DNA of 64,000 nucleotides, taken from contig CAVSNY010000006.1 in NCBI GenBank assembly GCA_963729605.1, positions 256,001-320,000 of the forward strand, given 5' to 3'. This document shows, piece by piece, positions 29,480 through 44,007 of this stretch. The DNA is from an uncultured Gammaproteobacteria bacterium (GTDB taxonomy: Bacteria; Pseudomonadota; Gammaproteobacteria; DRLM01). A model generated the notes under the pieces. It saw only the letters and a list, made by a program, of their open reading frames with translations. It made no database searches and had not been told where the DNA came from. The stretch's first letter is position 1, and each line of letters starts with the position of its first letter. The position numbers were made by a program, and so were the translations under genes.

Positions 29480-30814
29480 TCAGCGCAAGACACCGGAGCG
29501 GCCATGCCCTTTGAGATTCGCCTTTTTCAGCAAGCCATCATACTGGTGCGACATGAGATGGGCCTGCAACTGGGCGATGAAGTCCATCACCACCACCACC
29601 ACGATCAGCAGCGAGGTGCCTCCAAAGTAAAAAGGCACGCTCCACGACACGATCAAAAACTCCGGCAGCAAACAGACCGCCGTCACATATATGGCGCCGA
29701 TCAAGGTCAAACGCGTCATCACGGTATCAATGTAACGGGCGGTTTGATCACCGGGACGGATGCCGGGAATAAAGGCCCCGGATTTTTTCAAATTGTCCGC
29801 GGTGTCACGCGGATTGAACACCAGCGCCGTATAAAAGAAACAGAAAAAGATAATGGCGACGGCGAACAAAATCACATACACCGGCTGACCGGGCGACAAC
29901 ATGGTCGCGATGTCCTGCACCCAGCTACCTCCCTCACCGGTGCCGAACCAGCCGGCGATGGTGGCGGGAAATAAAATGATACTTGAGGCGAAGATCGGCG
30001 GAATCACACCCGCCATATTCACCTTCAACGGCAAATGGCTGGCCTGCCCGGCGTAGACCTTCCGCCCCTGCTGGCGCTTGGCGTAATTGACGGTGATCCG
30101 CCGCTGACCGCGTTCCACGAATACCACGAACCAGGTCACCGCGACCGCCAGCACGAACAAAAACAGAACGATGAACGGTGACAACTCACCCGTCCGCGCC
30201 AATTCCAACGAACCGCCAATGGCCGAAGGCAGACCCGCTACGATACTGGCGAAGATAATGATGGAAATACCATTACCAATCCCGCGCTCGGTGACCTGCT
30301 CACCCAGCCACATCAAAAATATCGTACCCGCCACCAAGGTGATGATCGCGGTAACCATAAACGCGGTCCCGGGCTCGATCACTACCGACACGCCGCCCAC
30401 GGTTTGACGCTGCAACGCGAGGGCCACGCCGGTAGCCTGGAACAACGCCAACACCACGGTAAAGTAACGGGTGTATTGAGTAATCTTGCGTCGGCCCGAT
30501 TCACCCTCTTTTTTCAGCTGCTCGAGCCGCGGCCATACCGTGGTCAGCAACTGAATAATAATCGACGCGGAGATGTAGGGCATGATCCCCAGCGCAAAGA
30601 CCGCCACCCGCTCCAGCGCGCCTCCCGAAAACATGTTGAACATGTCGAGGATCGTGCCGCGCTGCTGATCGAACAAGGCCGCCAAGGCGGTGGGATTGAT
30701 GCCCGGCACGGGGATCACCGCACCGATGCGGAAAATCACCAGCGCGCCGAGTACAAACAGCAAACGCTGCTTGACTTCAGTCCATTTCGTAATGTCACCG
30801 AGGGGGTTAGCCAT
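29480..30814 (-). CDS. secY: preprotein translocase SecY
   Basis: [37 protein letters not shown]. Confidence 0.99.
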   Translation of the reverse strand: MANPLGDITKWTEVKQRLLFVLGALVIFRIGAVIPVPGINPTALAALFDQQRGTILDMFNMFSGGALERVAVFALGIMPYISASIIIQLLTTVWPRLEQLKKEGESGRRKITQYTRYFTVVLALFQATGVALALQRQTVGGVSVVIEPGTAFMVTAIITLVAGTIFLMWLGEQVTERGIGNGISIIIFASIVAGLPSAIGGSLELARTGELSPFIVLFLFVLAVAVTWFVVFVERGQRRITVNYAKRQQGRKVYAGQASHLPLKVNMAGVIPPIFASSIILFPATIAGWFGTGEGGSWVQDIATMLSPGQPVYVILFAVAIIFFCFFYTALVFNPRDTADNLKKSGAFIPGIRPGDQTARYIDTVMTRLTLIGAIYVTAVCLLPEFLIVSWSVPFYFGGTSLLIVVVVVMDFIAQLQAHLMSHQYDGLLKKANLKGHGRSGVLR

Positions 30815-30834
30815 GATAGATCGAATCGGCTCGT

Positions 30835-31269
30835 TTAATCTTCAATTTTTCCGCCGGCCGCCTCGATCGCCGCCCGCGCGCCTTTGGTAACCGCCAAGCC
30901 GCGCAAATTCACTTTGCCCGCCAGTTCGCCGGAAAAAATCACCTTGGCGCGCTGGGTTTGCTGAGGGACCACGTTGCTCGCCTTCAACGCCATCAGATCG
31001 ATGACGTCGGCATTGACCTTGGCCAGCTCGTTGAGGCGCACCTCGGCGGTCTCGCGCGCGATGTGCGAACGGAAACCGACCTTGGGCAAACGGCGTTGCA
31101 AAGGCATCTGTCCGCCTTCGAAACCGACTTTATGGAATCCGCCGGCACGCGCGCTTTGGCCTTTATGGCCGCGGCCGCAGGTTTTGCCGAGACCGGAACC
31201 GATACCGCGCCCGACGCGTTTACGCGACTGCTTGGCGCCTTCGGCCGGTTTGATAGTATTCAAACGCAT
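30835..31269 (-). CDS. rplO: 50S ribosomal protein L15
   Basis: [21 protein letters not shown]. Confidence 0.99.
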   Translation of the reverse strand: MRLNTIKPAEGAKQSRKRVGRGIGSGLGKTCGRGHKGQSARAGGFHKVGFEGGQMPLQRRLPKVGFRSHIARETAEVRLNELAKVNADVIDLMALKASNVVPQQTQRAKVIFSGELAGKVNLRGLAVTKGARAAIEAAGGKIED

Positions 31270-31271
31270 GA

Positions 31272-31460
31272 TTAAGCTTCCTCGATCTTGAGCAGGTAGG
31301 CGATCTTGTCCGCCATGCCGCGAATAGCCGGGGTATCTTGCACCACCACTGAATGGTGCATACGGCGCAGGCCCAGGCCCAAGACGCAGGCGCGATGGCT
31401 TTTCGCCCTGCCGAACTGGCTGCGCACCAGGGTCAATTTGAGTTTTTTTGCGGTCGTCAT
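31272..31460 (-). CDS. rpmD: 50S ribosomal protein L30
   Basis: [18 protein letters not shown]. Expected position in the spc operon. Confidence 0.97.
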   Translation of the reverse strand: MTTAKKLKLTLVRSQFGRAKSHRACVLGLGLRRMHHSVVVQDTPAIRGMADKIAYLLKIEEA

Positions 31461-31466
31461 GAGGTA

Positions 31467-31976
31467 TCAGCCTAAAATGTCTTCGACGCGTTTACCGCGT
31501 TTGGCGGCCACCGACTCGGCGTCGGCCATGCCGGTCAGCGCCTTCACCGTGGCGCGCACCACGTTGACCGGATTACTGGACCCGATGCATTTGGCCAACA
31601 CGTCGCGTACGCCGATCACCTCCAACACGGCGCGCATGGCGCCGCCGGCGATGATGCCCGTACCTTCCGAAGCCGGCTGCATATAGACCTTGGCCGCGCC
31701 ATGGCGGGCGGTGACCACATGCTGCAGGGTCACCCCTTTCAGCTTGACGTTACGCATATTGCGGCGGGCGTCTTCCATCGCTTTGGAGATGGCCGCCGGC
31801 ACTTCGCGCGCCTTGCCGCGACCGAAACCGACCCGGCCTTTGCCGTCGCCTACCACGGTCAATGCCGAGAAGCCGAAGATCCGGCCACCCTTCACCACCT
31901 TGGAGACACGGCGCACCGCGACCAATTTCTCTTGAAGCTCATCACCGCTTTCGGCGGGTGTTTCAAAACGAACCAT
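31467..31976 (-). CDS. rpsE: 30S ribosomal protein S5
   Basis: [18 protein letters not shown]. Confidence 0.98.
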   Translation of the reverse strand: MVRFETPAESGDELQEKLVAVRRVSKVVKGGRIFGFSALTVVGDGKGRVGFGRGKAREVPAAISKAMEDARRNMRNVKLKGVTLQHVVTARHGAAKVYMQPASEGTGIIAGGAMRAVLEVIGVRDVLAKCIGSSNPVNVVRATVKALTGMADAESVAAKRGKRVEDILG

Positions 31977-31994
31977 GTTGACCATCCTTAAAGC

Positions 31995-32348
31995 TTAAAA
32001 CTGTAGCCCATGCTCGCGCGCCGCATCAGCCAAGGCTTTGACGCGCCCGTGATACCTGAATCCGGAGCGATCAAAGGCCACTTCCGTGATCCCCGCCGCC
32101 TTGGCCCGCTCGGCAATGAACTTGCCGACCAGCGCCGCGGCCTCGGCATTGCCGGTAGCTTTGACTTCGCCGCGCACCAGCGGATCGACGGTGGAGGCCG
32201 AAGCCATCACCACCGCACCGGCCGGCGCAATGATTTGCGCATAAATATGCCGGGGCGTGCGGTGCACGCTCAAGCGATGCACGCCTAACCGTTTAATTGT
32301 GGCGCGGGTACGTCGCGCCCGACGGATACGAGAAACTTTTTTATCCAC
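31995..32348 (-). CDS. rplR: 50S ribosomal protein L18
   Basis: [20 protein letters not shown] start. Confidence 0.98.
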   Translation of the reverse strand: MDKKVSRIRRARRTRATIKRLGVHRLSVHRTPRHIYAQIIAPAGAVVMASASTVDPLVRGEVKATGNAEAAALVGKFIAERAKAAGITEVAFDRSGFRYHGRVKALADAAREHGLQF

Positions 32349-32360
32349 GGAAGTCACCTA

Positions 32361-32894
32361 TTACTTCTTCTTGGCCTCTTTACGAACGATTACTTCGTCC
32401 GAGTACTTGACGCCTTTGCCCTTGTAGGGTTCGGGCGGACGGTACGCACGAATTTCGGCCGCCACCTGCCCTACCCGCTGCTTGTCCGCGCCCTTGACCA
32501 GAATTTCAGTCGGGCTGGGAGTCTCGACGGTAATACCTTCCGGGACCGCATAGGCCACGGGGTGGGAATAACCGAGGGTGAGATTAAGCACTCTGCCTTG
32601 AGCCTGGGCGCGATAACCGACGCCCACCAGGTCCAGCTTACGCACGAAACCCGCGCTGACGCCCGTCACCATATTGTTGATCAACGCACGGAAGGTACCC
32701 GCCAGCGCATCAGCCGATTTGCTGTTATTGCGCGGCGCCAAGTGTACCACTTTTCCATCATTCTGCATCTCTACTTGCGGATGCAAATCCATATTTAACG
32801 CGCCATTTTTGCCCTTGACGGTCAAGATCTGCCCTTTCAGGGAGACTTCAACCCCGCTGGGCAGATTGATGGGCATTTTAGCTACTCGGGACAT
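32361..32894 (-). CDS. rplF: 50S ribosomal protein L6
   Basis: [16 protein letters not shown]. Confidence 0.98.
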   Translation of the reverse strand: MSRVAKMPINLPSGVEVSLKGQILTVKGKNGALNMDLHPQVEMQNDGKVVHLAPRNNSKSADALAGTFRALINNMVTGVSAGFVRKLDLVGVGYRAQAQGRVLNLTLGYSHPVAYAVPEGITVETPSPTEILVKGADKQRVGQVAAEIRAYRPPEPYKGKGVKYSDEVIVRKEAKKK

Positions 32895-32907
32895 GAGACA
32901 CCTACCC

Positions 32908-33303
32908 TTATGCGACGTAACACAGTATCTCGCCGCCATGGCCGGCCGCGCGGGCCGCCCGGTCGGTCATCACCCCATGCGAGGTGGAGATGATAGCGAC
33001 ACCCAAACCGCCCTGAACCTTGGGCAGCTCGTCTTTACCTTTATAAACGCGGAGACCCGGCGTGCTCCTGCGCTCGATGTGCGCGATGACCGGGGCGCCG
33101 TTGTAATACTTGAGGGCGATGGTCAGCGTGCGCTTGGCGCCTTCTTCACTGACGTTGTACGCGCTCACGTAACCCTCATCGCGCAGCACCTTGGCGATGG
33201 ACTCTTTGACATTCGACGCCGGCATGCTCACGTCCGCCTTTTGCGCCGCTTGGGCGTTGCGGATGCGGGTCAGCATATCGGCGATAGGATCGGTCATACT
33301 CAT
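32908..33303 (-). CDS. rpsH: 30S ribosomal protein S8
   Basis: [16 protein letters not shown]. Confidence 0.98.
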   Translation of the reverse strand: MSMTDPIADMLTRIRNAQAAQKADVSMPASNVKESIAKVLRDEGYVSAYNVSEEGAKRTLTIALKYYNGAPVIAHIERRSTPGLRVYKGKDELPKVQGGLGVAIISTSHGVMTDRAARAAGHGGEILCYVA

Positions 33304-33362
33304 AAATTCATGCCCACTTGTTAATACTCGGCTGTTTCGTCTTTTGCACGGGACCGGCGCGG

Positions 33363-33668
33363 TTACCAGCTGGCCTTGACCAGGCCCGGGACGTCTCCCC
33401 GCATCGCCGCCTCGCGCAGCTTGTTGCGGCCCAAACCGAACTTGCGGTACACGCCCCGCGAACGGCCGCTGAGCCGGCACCGGCGGCGCAAACGGGTCGG
33501 ACTGGCGTCGCGCGGCAGCGATTGAAACTGGCGGCGCAAATCATCGCGCTCTTCCTGGCCCAGGTTGGGGTCCCGCAGTTTTTCCTTGAGGTCGCCACGC
33601 TTGGCGGCAAAGCGCTCGATGGTGCGCTCGCGCTTCACTTCCCGCATCAACATAGACAATTTAGCCAT
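33363..33668 (-). CDS. rpsN: 30S ribosomal protein S14
   Basis: [17 protein letters not shown]. Confidence 0.98.
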   Translation of the reverse strand: MAKLSMLMREVKRERTIERFAAKRGDLKEKLRDPNLGQEERDDLRRQFQSLPRDASPTRLRRRCRLSGRSRGVYRKFGLGRNKLREAAMRGDVPGLVKASW

Positions 33669-33677
33669 ATCCGCTTC

Positions 33678-34217
33678 CTAACTCCTGAATGGAAAGCTGA
33701 ACGCGGTCAACAAGGCGCGTCCTTCTTCGTCGGTAGTCGCCGTGGTGGTGATGGTAATGTTCATACCACGCAAGGCGTCGATTTTGTCGTAATCGACTTC
33801 GGGAAAAATGATCTGCTCCCGCACGCCCATATTGTAACTGCCGCGGCCGTCGAAACTCTTGGCGCTCAAACCGCGAAAGTCGCGGATACGCGGGATGGCG
33901 ACCGAGATGAGACGGTCGAGAAATTCGTACATGCGCTCGCGGCGCAAGGTCACTTTGCAGCCCACCGGCCAGCCTTCACGAATTTTGAAACCCGCGACCG
34001 ACTTACGGGCCTTGGTGACCAAGGGTTTTTGACCGGTGATCTTCACCAGGTCGCCCACCGCGTTGTCGATGATCTTTTTGTCGCCGACCGCTTCACCGAC
34101 ACCCATGTTCACGGTGATCTTGGTGATACGCGGCACTTGCATGACACTGTCATAGCCGAACTGGTCCATCAACTTCTTGACCACTTCGTTCCGGTAATAC
34201 TCTTGTAAACGCGCCAT
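33678..34217 (-). CDS. rplE: 50S ribosomal protein L5
   Basis: [14 protein letters not shown]. Confidence 0.99.
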   Translation of the reverse strand: MARLQEYYRNEVVKKLMDQFGYDSVMQVPRITKITVNMGVGEAVGDKKIIDNAVGDLVKITGQKPLVTKARKSVAGFKIREGWPVGCKVTLRRERMYEFLDRLISVAIPRIRDFRGLSAKSFDGRGSYNMGVREQIIFPEVDYDKIDALRGMNITITTTATTDEEGRALLTAFSFPFRS

Positions 34218-34235
34218 TGTCTGCTACCCGTTACT

Positions 34236-34550
34236 TTAAACGTCGACGACTTCGCCGTTGGATTTGAAGAAGCGAACTCTCTTACCGTTCTCCAAGGTCT
34301 TCACCCCGGCCCGGTCGGCCTTGCCGGTGGCGGTATTGAACAGCGCCACGTTGGACACGTGGAGAGACGCCTCTTTTTCGACGATGCCGCCGGGCGTGCC
34401 CCGCATGGGGTTGCCCTTGGTGTGGCGCTTGATCATATTGATGTTCTGCACCACCACCCGGTCTTCGCCCACGCTCAACACCGTGCCGCGCTTGCCCTTG
34501 TCTTTGCCGGCGATGACGATGACGTCGTCGCCTTTTTTGATCTTACGCAT
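34236..34550 (-). CDS. rplX: 50S ribosomal protein L24
   Basis: [16 protein letters not shown]. Confidence 0.98.
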   Translation of the reverse strand: MRKIKKGDDVIVIAGKDKGKRGTVLSVGEDRVVVQNINMIKRHTKGNPMRGTPGGIVEKEASLHVSNVALFNTATGKADRAGVKTLENGKRVRFFKSNGEVVDV

Positions 34551-34585
34551 TGCTAGACCACCTTCGCTTTTTCGTCACACCCGTC

Positions 34586-34954
34586 TCACAGCACTTCAGG
34601 CGCGAGCGAGACGATCTTCATGAATTTTTCGGTTCTGAGTTCGCGCGTCACCGGCCCGAAGATACGGGTGCCGATCGGCTGCAGCTGGTTGTTCAACAAC
34701 ACCGCGGCATTGCCGTCGAAGCGGATCAACGAACCGTCCGGACGGCGCACGCCTTTGCGGGTCCGCACCACGAGCGCGTTATACACCTCGCCCTTTTTCA
34801 CTTTGCCGCGGGGAATCGCCTCTTTGATGCTGACCTTGATGACATCGCCCACACCCGCGTAGCGGCGTTTCGATCCACCCAACACTTTAATGCACATCAG
34901 GCTGCGGGCACCGCTATTGTCGGCCGCGTCCAATATTGATTGCATCTGGATCAT
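34586..34954 (-). CDS. rplN: 50S ribosomal protein L14
   Basis: [14 protein letters not shown]. Confidence 0.99.
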   Translation of the reverse strand: MIQMQSILDAADNSGARSLMCIKVLGGSKRRYAGVGDVIKVSIKEAIPRGKVKKGEVYNALVVRTRKGVRRPDGSLIRFDGNAAVLLNNQLQPIGTRIFGPVTRELRTEKFMKIVSLAPEVL

Positions 34955-34990
34955 TGTCTGTCTCCAACCCTGTAAAAAATGTCTTGCCGA

Positions 34991-35028
34991 TCCCCTCTCC
35001 CGCTGGCGGGAAAAGGCCGGGGTGAGAG
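34991..35028. repeat. REP-like palindrome between rpsQ and rplN
   Basis: TCCCCTCTCCCGCTGGCGGGAAAAGGCCGGGGTGAGAG, same family as the copies at 9.5 kb and 62.6 kb. Confidence 0.6.
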
Positions 35029-35048
35029 CGTAGATCGAATCCGCTGCG

Positions 35049-35315
35049 TTATTCCGCTATCGCCCGCTCGACCACGTTAACCAAACGCCAGGCCTTGGTC
35101 TTGGCCAACGGCCGGCACTGGGTGATCATGACCAAGTCACCGGCCTTGCACTCGTTGTTTTCGTCATGGGCGTGAACCTTGGTGGACCGCCGCACATATT
35201 TGCCGTACACCGGGTGAGGCACTTTGCGCTCGATCAACACGGTGATGGTCTTGTCCATCTTGTCACTGACCACGCGACCGGTAAGGGTGCGCATCGCTTT
35301 TTGCTGTTCAGTCAT
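35049..35315 (-). CDS. rpsQ: 30S ribosomal protein S17
   Basis: [12 protein letters not shown]. Confidence 0.98.
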   Translation of the reverse strand: MTEQQKAMRTLTGRVVSDKMDKTITVLIERKVPHPVYGKYVRRSTKVHAHDENNECKAGDLVMITQCRPLAKTKAWRLVNVVERAIAE

Positions 35316-35320
35316 TGCCC

Positions 35321-35512
35321 TTACCCTGCCTTCTTCGCGTTCAGGACGGTTTTGACGCGCGCGATGTTGCGGCGCACGTTGCGGATCAGATGACCCTTGG
35401 AGAGTTGTCCCGAGGCCTTCTGCATACGCAGATTGAATTGCTCGCGCAGCAGGGACATCAGCTCCTCTTTGAGCTCCACTTCGCTTTTTTGCTTGAGTTC
35501 GTTCGCGTTCAT
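35321..35512 (-). CDS. rpmC: 50S ribosomal protein L29
   Basis: [18 protein letters not shown]. Confidence 0.97.
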   Translation of the reverse strand: MNANELKQKSEVELKEELMSLLREQFNLRMQKASGQLSKGHLIRNVRRNIARVKTVLNAKKAG

Positions 35513-35925
35513 CACATCACCGTCCGGGTAATAAAGGCGGTCTTCAGCGGCAATTTCGCGGCCGCGAGCTTGAAGGCTTCACGGGCGATTTCCGGGGTCA
35601 CGCCTTCCATTTCATACAACATCCGGCCGGGCTGGATTTCCGCCACCCAATACTCGACGTTGCCCTTACCGCTGCCCATCCGCACTTCCAACGGCTTTTT
35701 GGAAATGGGTTTGTCGGGGAAAATCCGGATCCAGATCTTGCCGCCGCGCTTGACGTGGCGGGTCATGGCACGGCGCGCCGCTTCGATCTGGCGGGCGGTA
35801 ATCCGGCCGCGCGCAACGGCCTTCAATCCAAATTGACCGAAGCTCACTTCATTGCCGGTCTGGGCCAAGCCCCGATTACGGCCTTTGTGTTGCTTACGGT
35901 ACTTTGTCCTTTTTGGCTGCATCAT
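35512..35925 (-). CDS. rplP: 50S ribosomal protein L16
   Basis: [16 protein letters not shown]. Confidence 0.99.
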   Translation of the reverse strand: MMQPKRTKYRKQHKGRNRGLAQTGNEVSFGQFGLKAVARGRITARQIEAARRAMTRHVKRGGKIWIRIFPDKPISKKPLEVRMGSGKGNVEYWVAEIQPGRMLYEMEGVTPEIAREAFKLAAAKLPLKTAFITRTVM

Positions 35926-35939
35926 AACCGCATATCCTC

Positions 35940-36617
35940 TTAATTAGCAGCGGCCTTCTCGGCGCTCGGTTCGGCAGCCTCGGTAGCTTGGTTGAACACT
36001 TCACCCTTGAAGATCCACACCTTTACTCCGACGACGCCGGAAGGCGTGTGCGCTTCGGCGAAACCATAATCAATGTCCGCACGCAGGGTGTGCAAGGGCA
36101 CACGGCCTTCGCGATACCACTCGGTGCGGGCGATTTCAGCGCCGCCCAAACGGCCGGCGATGTTGACCTTGATGCCTTGGGCGCCGAGTCGCATGGTGGT
36201 GGTCACCGAGCGCTTCATGGCGCGACGGAACATGATACGGCGCACCAGCTGCTGGGTGATGCTTTCGGCGACCAACTGGGCGTCGAGTTCCGGCTTGCGA
36301 ATCTCTTCCACGTTGATGTGCACCGGCACACCCATCATGGCGGAGACCTCTTTACGCAGCGCATCGATGTCCTCGCCCTTCTTACCGATCACGATGCCGG
36401 GACGGGCACTGTGTATGGTGATGCGCGCGGTGCGCGCCGGACGCTCGATCTGGATGCGGCTCACCGAGGCGCTGGCGAGTTTTTTACGCAAAAACTCCCG
36501 CACCTTGAGATCGGTGAACAAATAGTCCGCGTACTGCTTGGAATCGGCATACCACGTCGAGGTCCAATCTTTGACGATCCCCAGACGTATACCCGTTGGA
36601 TTTACCTTTTGACCCAT
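35940..36617 (-). CDS. rpsC: 30S ribosomal protein S3
   Basis: [17 protein letters not shown]. Confidence 0.99.
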   Translation of the reverse strand: MGQKVNPTGIRLGIVKDWTSTWYADSKQYADYLFTDLKVREFLRKKLASASVSRIQIERPARTARITIHSARPGIVIGKKGEDIDALRKEVSAMMGVPVHINVEEIRKPELDAQLVAESITQQLVRRIMFRRAMKRSVTTTMRLGAQGIKVNIAGRLGGAEIARTEWYREGRVPLHTLRADIDYGFAEAHTPSGVVGVKVWIFKGEVFNQATEAAEPSAEKAAAN

Positions 36618-36629
36618 TACCGCCTCGCT

Positions 36630-36962
36630 TTACTTATCACCGACCACCACAGAGATGTGGCAGGTCCGCTTGAGGATCCGATTCGCCCGGCCTTTGGCCC
36701 GTGCGCGGATACGTTTTTGACTGGGACCTTCATCAACGAAGACCTTGGTGACCTTGAGCTCATCCACGTCGGCGCCTTCGTTGTGCTCGGCATTGGCGAT
36801 CGCCGACTCCAGCACCTTCTTGAAAATACCCGCGGCCTTCTTCGGACTGAACGCCAAAAGATTCAAGGCGCGATCAACGGGCATGCCACGCACTTGGTCG
36901 GCGACCAAACGGCCTTTCTGGGCCGAGAGGCGGGCATAGCGTAATTTTGCGGCTGCTTCCAT
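36630..36962 (-). CDS. rplV: 50S ribosomal protein L22
   Basis: [15 protein letters not shown]. Confidence 0.99.
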   Translation of the reverse strand: MEAAAKLRYARLSAQKGRLVADQVRGMPVDRALNLLAFSPKKAAGIFKKVLESAIANAEHNEGADVDELKVTKVFVDEGPSQKRIRARAKGRANRILKRTCHISVVVGDK

Positions 36963-36976
36963 CTCTATCGTCCCCG

Positions 36977-37249
36977 TTACTTCGCTTTTTTCGCGCCGGC
37001 ATGACCACGGAAGGTACGCGTCACCGCGAACTCACCGAGCTTATGGCCGACCATGTTTTCACTGATCAAAATCGGTATGTGCTGCTTGCCGTTGTGGATG
37101 GCCAACGTCAAACCGATCATTTGCGGCAGCACGGTAGAACGCCGTGACCACGTCTTGATGGGTTTTCTGCTGTTCGTCGCCGCAGCCTCCTCCACTTTTT
37201 TAGCCAAGTGGAGATCAATGAATGGACCTTTTTTAACTGAACGTGGCAC
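36977..37249 (-). CDS. rpsS: 30S ribosomal protein S19
   Basis: [17 protein letters not shown]. Confidence 0.99.
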   Translation of the reverse strand: MPRSVKKGPFIDLHLAKKVEEAAATNSRKPIKTWSRRSTVLPQMIGLTLAIHNGKQHIPILISENMVGHKLGEFAVTRTFRGHAGAKKAK

Positions 37250-37282
37250 TGGAAGTCTCCCAAGCCTGAATAAAAATCTTCA

Positions 37283-38107
37283 TTACTTACCGCGGCGCCG
37301 CAAAATCATGCCGTCGGTACGCTTATTGCCGCGCGTCTTGTAACCCTTGGTGGGCATGCCCCACGGACTCACCGGATGGCGACCGCCCTTGGTACGCCCT
37401 TCGCCACCACCGTGCGGATGATCCACCGGATTCATGGCGGTACCACGCACGGTCGGACGGATACCGCGCCAGCGTTTGGCGCCAGCTTTACCCAGGGACC
37501 GCAGATTATGCTGGGTATTGCCCGCTTCGCCAATAGTCGCTTTGCATTCCACGTGCACTTTGCGCATCTCGCCGGAGCGCAAGCGCACCGTGGCGTACGC
37601 GCCTTCTTTCGCCATCAGCTGCACACCGGCGCCGGCGCTGCGCGCCAACTGGGCGCCACGGCCCGGCTTCATTTCCAGGCAGTGAACGGTGGTACCCACC
37701 GGGATGTTGCGCAGCGGCAGGCAATTGCCGGCCTTGATCGGCGCATCCACCGCGCTGATCAGCTTGGCGCCCGCCTCGACACCCTTGGGCGCGATAATAT
37801 AGCGGCGTTCGCCGTCGGCGTACAGCAATAATGCAATGTGAGCGCTGCGATTCGGATCATATTCCAAACGCTCGACCACGCCGGGGATGCCCAGCTTGTC
37901 GCGGCGAAAATCCACCACGCGGTAATGCTGCTTGTGACCGCCGCCTTGATGGCGCACGGTAACCCGGCCCAGATTGTTGCGGCCGCCGTTCTTGTTCAAA
38001 CGTTCGACCAGCGCCTCGTGGGGCCCGCCTTTGTGCAACTTCGGCTCCACCACTTTGACTACAAAGCGGCGGCCCGGGGAAGTTGGCTTCACTTTAACCA
38101 GTGCCAT
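37283..38107 (-). CDS. rplB: 50S ribosomal protein L2
   Basis: [21 protein letters not shown]. Confidence 0.99.
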   Translation of the reverse strand: MALVKVKPTSPGRRFVVKVVEPKLHKGGPHEALVERLNKNGGRNNLGRVTVRHQGGGHKQHYRVVDFRRDKLGIPGVVERLEYDPNRSAHIALLLYADGERRYIIAPKGVEAGAKLISAVDAPIKAGNCLPLRNIPVGTTVHCLEMKPGRGAQLARSAGAGVQLMAKEGAYATVRLRSGEMRKVHVECKATIGEAGNTQHNLRSLGKAGAKRWRGIRPTVRGTAMNPVDHPHGGGEGRTKGGRHPVSPWGMPTKGYKTRGNKRTDGMILRRRGK

Positions 38108-38143
38108 CGATTACATCCTTCTTTTCAGCCAGCGCGGGAGGAC

Positions 38144-38440
38144 TTACTGGGCACCCGCAAACTCGATATCGAAACCCGGCTTCAACTTAACGTAAGCCTT
38201 TTTGCTATGGGAGCGGCGGCCGAGCATCTGGCCAAAGCGTTTCACCTTGCCCTTGCTGTTCACCACGCGAACCTGATCCACTTCCACGCTGAACAAATGC
38301 TCGACCGCCTTTTTGATCTCATCCTTGCTGGCGTCGCGCATCACCTTGAACACGAACTGGCGATCTTTGTCCGCCGCCATCGTGCTCTTTTCCGAGACGT
38401 GGGGCGCCAGCAGCACCTTCATCAAACGTTCATTGCTCAT
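38144..38440 (-). CDS. rplW: 50S ribosomal protein L23
   Basis: [14 protein letters not shown]. Confidence 0.98.
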   Translation of the reverse strand: MSNERLMKVLLAPHVSEKSTMAADKDRQFVFKVMRDASKDEIKKAVEHLFSVEVDQVRVVNSKGKVKRFGQMLGRRSHSKKAYVKLKPGFDIEFAGAQ

Positions 38441-39054
38441 GCCAGGCTCTCCCCGATTTGTTTGGCGGCGCCGGCGGTAAGCAGCACCTTGTCGAACTTG
38501 ATCAAACACACCGGATCGATCTCGAGCACGTTGCGCACTTCGACCTTGTGCAGATTGCGCGCGGCCAGATACAAGGCCTCGCTGGCGTCGTCGGCGACGA
38601 TCAACACATTGTCCATGCCCAGCGCCTTCAGCTTCGCCACCAGATCGCGGGTCTTAGGCTGTTCTAGCCCCAGATCCGACACCACCACCAAGCGGTCCTG
38701 GCGCAGCAGTTCCGAAAAAATCGAACGAAGGGCGACCTTGTAGGATTTCTTGTTGACCTTCTGCGAATAGTCGGCGGTCACCGCGGCAAACACTTTGCCG
38801 CCACCGCGCCACAACGGGCTGCGGATGGTACCGGCGCGGGCGCGGCCCGTGCCTTTTTGTTTAAAAGGCTTGGCGCCGCCGCCGCGCACCGCGGCGCGCG
38901 TCTTCTGCGCATGGGTACCGGCGCGGGCGCCGGCCAAATAGGCCGTCACGACTTGATGGACAAGGCTTTCGTTGAACTCGCGTCCGAACACCTCATCCGG
39001 CACCGCGACACTGCCAGCGCTGGCGCCGGCCGCATTGAGTATGCTGAGTTCCAT
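38437..39054 (-). CDS. rplD: 50S ribosomal protein L4
   Basis: [10 protein letters not shown]. Confidence 0.99.
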   Translation of the reverse strand: MELSILNAAGASAGSVAVPDEVFGREFNESLVHQVVTAYLAGARAGTHAQKTRAAVRGGGAKPFKQKGTGRARAGTIRSPLWRGGGKVFAAVTADYSQKVNKKSYKVALRSIFSELLRQDRLVVVSDLGLEQPKTRDLVAKLKALGMDNVLIVADDASEALYLAARNLHKVEVRNVLEIDPVCLIKFDKVLLTAGAAKQIGESLA

Positions 39055-39710
39055 TACTTCTCTCCTCTCGCGGCGAACTTCACCGACGCACGCACGATCA
39101 CGTCGCGGCCTTCCGAACCGGGAACCGCGCCTTTGATCAGCAGCAGATTGCGTTCGGCATCCACCCGCACCACTTCCAGATTCTGCTGGGTACGCTGGGT
39201 ATTACCCAGATGACCGGCCATCTTCTTGCCGACGAACACCCGGCCCGGGGTCTGGCGCTGACCGATAGAACCCGGCGCGCGATGCGACAGCGAGTTACCG
39301 TGGGTCGCGTCGCCCATGGTGAAGTGATGACGCTTGACGGTACCGGCGAAACCTTTACCGAGCGACACGCCGGTGACGTCGACTTTTTGTCCGGCCTGGA
39401 AAATATCCACCTTGAGTTCGCTGCCCGGCGCCAGATCGGCACCTTCGCCTTCGCCCAAACGAAATTCCCACAAACCGCGACCCGCATTGACCCCGGCCTT
39501 GGCGAAGTGCCCGGCCATGGCCTTGGTCACCCGCGACGGACGGCGCGTGCCCACGGTGATTTGCACCGCCGCGTAGCCGTCGGTCTCCGCGCTCTTCACT
39601 TGCGTGACGCGATTCGGTTCGACCTCGACCACGGTCACCGGAATGCTCACCCCATCTTCAGTGAAGACGCGGGTCATTCCGCATTTGCGACCAACTAGTC
39701 CGATTGCCAT
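39054..39710 (-). CDS. rplC: 50S ribosomal protein L3
   Basis: [15 protein letters not shown]. Confidence 0.99.
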   Translation of the reverse strand: MAIGLVGRKCGMTRVFTEDGVSIPVTVVEVEPNRVTQVKSAETDGYAAVQITVGTRRPSRVTKAMAGHFAKAGVNAGRGLWEFRLGEGEGADLAPGSELKVDIFQAGQKVDVTGVSLGKGFAGTVKRHHFTMGDATHGNSLSHRAPGSIGQRQTPGRVFVGKKMAGHLGNTQRTQQNLEVVRVDAERNLLLIKGAVPGSEGRDVIVRASVKFAARGEK

Positions 39711-39805
39711 ATCCAACACTCCAGTAGCAAGTTTCAAGCGGCAAGTTCAAGTTTTTAAAGCAGAGGCGCACCGCACCTCGATCTTGCCGCTCGCTATTTT
39801 TTTAA

Positions 39806-40117
39806 TTAATGCAATTTAATCTGCACGTCGACGCCGGCGGCCAGATCCAACTTCATCAACGCATCCACGGTTTTGTCCGTGGGATCGACGATGTCCATCA
39901 GGCGCTTGTGGGTGCGGATCTCATATTGATCGCGCGCGTCTTTATCGACGTGGGGCGAGATCAAAATGGTGAAGCGCTCCTTTTTCGACGGCAGCGGGAT
40001 CGGGCCGCGGACCTGGGCGCCGGTGCGCTTGGCCGTTTCCACGATTTCGCGCGCCGAGCGGTCGATCAAGCGGTGATCGAACGCCTTCAAGCGGATGCGT
40101 ATTTTTTGATTGGCCAT
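39806..40117 (-). CDS. rpsJ: 30S ribosomal protein S10
   Basis: [16 protein letters not shown]. Confidence 0.99.
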   Translation of the reverse strand: MANQKIRIRLKAFDHRLIDRSAREIVETAKRTGAQVRGPIPLPSKKERFTILISPHVDKDARDQYEIRTHKRLMDIVDPTDKTVDALMKLDLAAGVDVQIKLH

Positions 40118-40123
40118 GTATGT

Positions 40124-41314
<1,191 letters not shown>

Positions 41315-41364
41315 GGTAGCTACCTCTCTCGATCTGCTCGCAATAACTGATTCAATAACCGATT

Positions 41365-43467
41365 TTAAGCTGACGCTTCTTTGATGATGGCGTCGGCGAT
41401 ATTGGCCGGGACTTCGCTGTAGCGGGTGAACTCCATGGCGTAGGTGGCGCGGCCCTGAGTCGCCGAACGCAAGGAGGTGGAATAACCGAACATCTCCGCG
41501 AGCGGGACGTCGGCGTGCACAATCTTGCCGGACACCGAGTCGTCCATACCCAACACCATGCCGCGACGGCGGTTGAGGTCGCCGATCACGTCGCCCATGT
41601 AATCTTCCGGGGTGACCACTTCGACCTTCATGATGGGTTCGAGCAAGACCGCGCCGGCTTTGCGGGCGCCTTCCTTGAAGCCCATCGAACCCGCGATCTT
41701 GAACGCCATTTCGTTGGAGTCCACATCATGGTACGAACCGTCGAAGATGGTGACCTTGACGTCGACCACCGGGTAGCCGGCGATCACACCGTTCTTCATC
41801 TGTTCTTGAATGCCCTTGTCCACCGCGGGAATGTATTCGCGCGGGACCACGCCGCCGACGATACCGTTGACGAATTCATAACCCTTGCCGGCTTCTTGCG
41901 GCTCGAGCTTGAGCCAGACATGGCCGTACTGGCCGCGGCCGCCGGACTGGCGCACGAACTTGCCTTCCTGCTCGACCGACTTGCGGATGGTCTCGCGATA
42001 GGCGACGCGCGGCTTGCCGACATTGGCCTCCACCTTGAATTCGCGCCTCATGCGGTCGACGATGATTTCAAGATGCAGCTCGCCCATGCCGGAGATGATG
42101 GTCTGGCCGGTTTCTTCGTCGGTATGCACGCGGAACGAGGGATCCTCCTGGGCGAGACGGCCCAGCGCGATACCCATTTTTTCCTGGTCGGGTTTGGTCT
42201 TGGGCTCCACCGCCACCGAAATCACCGGCTCGGGGAATACCATGCGCTCCAGGATGATGACGTTATTGAGGTCGCACAAGGTGTCGCCGGTGGTGACGTC
42301 TTTCAGACCGACCGCCGCGGCGATGTCGCCGGCGCGCACTTCCTTGATTTCTTCACGGCTGTTGGCGTGCATCTGCACGATACGGCCGATACGCTCCTTG
42401 CGGCTCTTCATCGGATTGTAGACCGTGTCGCCGGAATTCAACACGCCGGAATAGACGCGGAAGAACGTCAGCGTACCGACGAACGGATCGGTGGCGATCT
42501 TGAACGCCAGCGCGGAAAACGGTTCGCTATCGGAGGAATGGCGCTCGGCGTGAGTATGATTGGCGTCGTCCAACATCCCGTTGATGGCGGGCACATCCGC
42601 CGGCGACGGCATGTATTCCACCACCGCGTCCAGCATGGCCTGCACGCCTTTATTCTTGAAGGCGGAACCGCACAACATGGGCACGACTTCGTTGGCCACG
42701 GTGCGGGCGCGCAAGCCCTGCTTGATTTCCACATCGGTGAGCGCCTGGCCGTCCAGGTATTTTTCCATCAACTCTTCCGAGCCTTCGGCGGCGGCTTCCA
42801 CCATCTTTTCGCGCCACTCTTCACACTCGGCGCGCAGCTCGGCGGGAATCTCTTTTTCCTCGAAGGTCATGCCCTGGTTTTCTTCATTCCAGTAGATGGC
42901 CTTCATCTTGATCAAATCGACCACGCCTTTGAAATTCTCTTCGGCGCCGATCGGCCATTGAATGGGTACCGGATTACCGCCCAGGCGTTTTTTGATCTGA
43001 TCGACGATGCGGCCGAAATTGGCGCCGACCCGGTCCATCTTATTGACGAAGGCGAGACGCGGCACTTTATATTTATTGGCTTGGCGCCACACGGTCTCGG
43101 ATTGGGGCTGCACGCCGCCCACGGCGCAGAATACCGCGCAGGCGCCGTCGAGCACGCGCAGCGAACGCTCGACTTCAATGGTGAAATCGACGTGGCCGGG
43201 GGTGTCGATGATATTGATACGGTGCTGGGGGAATTGCTTTTCCATCCCAAACCAGTAACAGGTGGTGGCCGCGGACGTAATGGTGATGCCACGTTCCTGC
43301 TCCTGCTCCATCCAGTCCATGATGGCGGCGCCGTCGTGCACCTCACCTATCTTGTGAGAGACACCGGTGTAGAACAGGACGCGCTCAGTCGTCGTCGTTT
43401 TACCGGCATCGATGTGAGCCATGATGCCGATGTTCCGATAACGCTCGATGGGGGTAGTGCGTGCCAC
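41365..43467 (-). CDS. fusA: elongation factor G
   Basis: [24 protein letters not shown]. Confidence 0.99.
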   Translation of the reverse strand: MARTTPIERYRNIGIMAHIDAGKTTTTERVLFYTGVSHKIGEVHDGAAIMDWMEQEQERGITITSAATTCYWFGMEKQFPQHRINIIDTPGHVDFTIEVERSLRVLDGACAVFCAVGGVQPQSETVWRQANKYKVPRLAFVNKMDRVGANFGRIVDQIKKRLGGNPVPIQWPIGAEENFKGVVDLIKMKAIYWNEENQGMTFEEKEIPAELRAECEEWREKMVEAAAEGSEELMEKYLDGQALTDVEIKQGLRARTVANEVVPMLCGSAFKNKGVQAMLDAVVEYMPSPADVPAINGMLDDANHTHAERHSSDSEPFSALAFKIATDPFVGTLTFFRVYSGVLNSGDTVYNPMKSRKERIGRIVQMHANSREEIKEVRAGDIAAAVGLKDVTTGDTLCDLNNVIILERMVFPEPVISVAVEPKTKPDQEKMGIALGRLAQEDPSFRVHTDEETGQTIISGMGELHLEIIVDRMRREFKVEANVGKPRVAYRETIRKSVEQEGKFVRQSGGRGQYGHVWLKLEPQEAGKGYEFVNGIVGGVVPREYIPAVDKGIQEQMKNGVIAGYPVVDVKVTIFDGSYHDVDSNEMAFKIAGSMGFKEGARKAGAVLLEPIMKVEVVTPEDYMGDVIGDLNRRRGMVLGMDDSVSGKIVHADVPLAEMFGYSTSLRSATQGRATYAMEFTRYSEVPANIADAIIKEASA

Positions 43468-43514
43468 GACTTAATCCTTAACTTACGATCAGCTTGTATA
43501 CAGACGCAAACCGC

Positions 43515-43985
43515 TTACCAGCGGTAATGCGAAAACGCCTTGTTGGCTTCCGCCATGCGATGAGTGTCTTCACGCTTCTTCACCGCGCTGCCGCGTTTTT
43601 CAGCGGCATCGAGGATTTCGCCGGCCAGCCGCAATCCCATGGATTTTTCACCGCGGGCACGGGCGGCGTCGATAATCCAACGCATAGCCAAGGCGGATTG
43701 GCGATCGGAACGCACTTCGACGGGAACCTGGTAGGTGGCGCCGCCGACCCGGCGGGATTTCACTTCGACGGCGGGCTTGACGTTATCGAAAGCCTGATTC
43801 AAAACCGCCAGCGGATCACCTTTGGTTTTTTCGGTCACGCGGTCCAGCGCACCGTACACAATGCGCTCGGCCACGGACTTTTTACCGCTCTGCATCAACG
43901 AATTGACGAAGCGGGCCAAAAATTCGCTACCGAATTTGGGATCCGGCAACACCGCACGTTTAGTCGCTTCTCTTCTACGTGACAT
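43515..43985 (-). CDS. rpsG: 30S ribosomal protein S7
   Basis: [18 protein letters not shown]. Confidence 0.99.
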   Translation of the reverse strand: MSRRREATKRAVLPDPKFGSEFLARFVNSLMQSGKKSVAERIVYGALDRVTEKTKGDPLAVLNQAFDNVKPAVEVKSRRVGGATYQVPVEVRSDRQSALAMRWIIDAARARGEKSMGLRLAGEILDAAEKRGSAVKKREDTHRMAEANKAFSHYRW

Positions 43986-44007
43986 ACACTTTCACCGCTC
44001 TCTGAAA

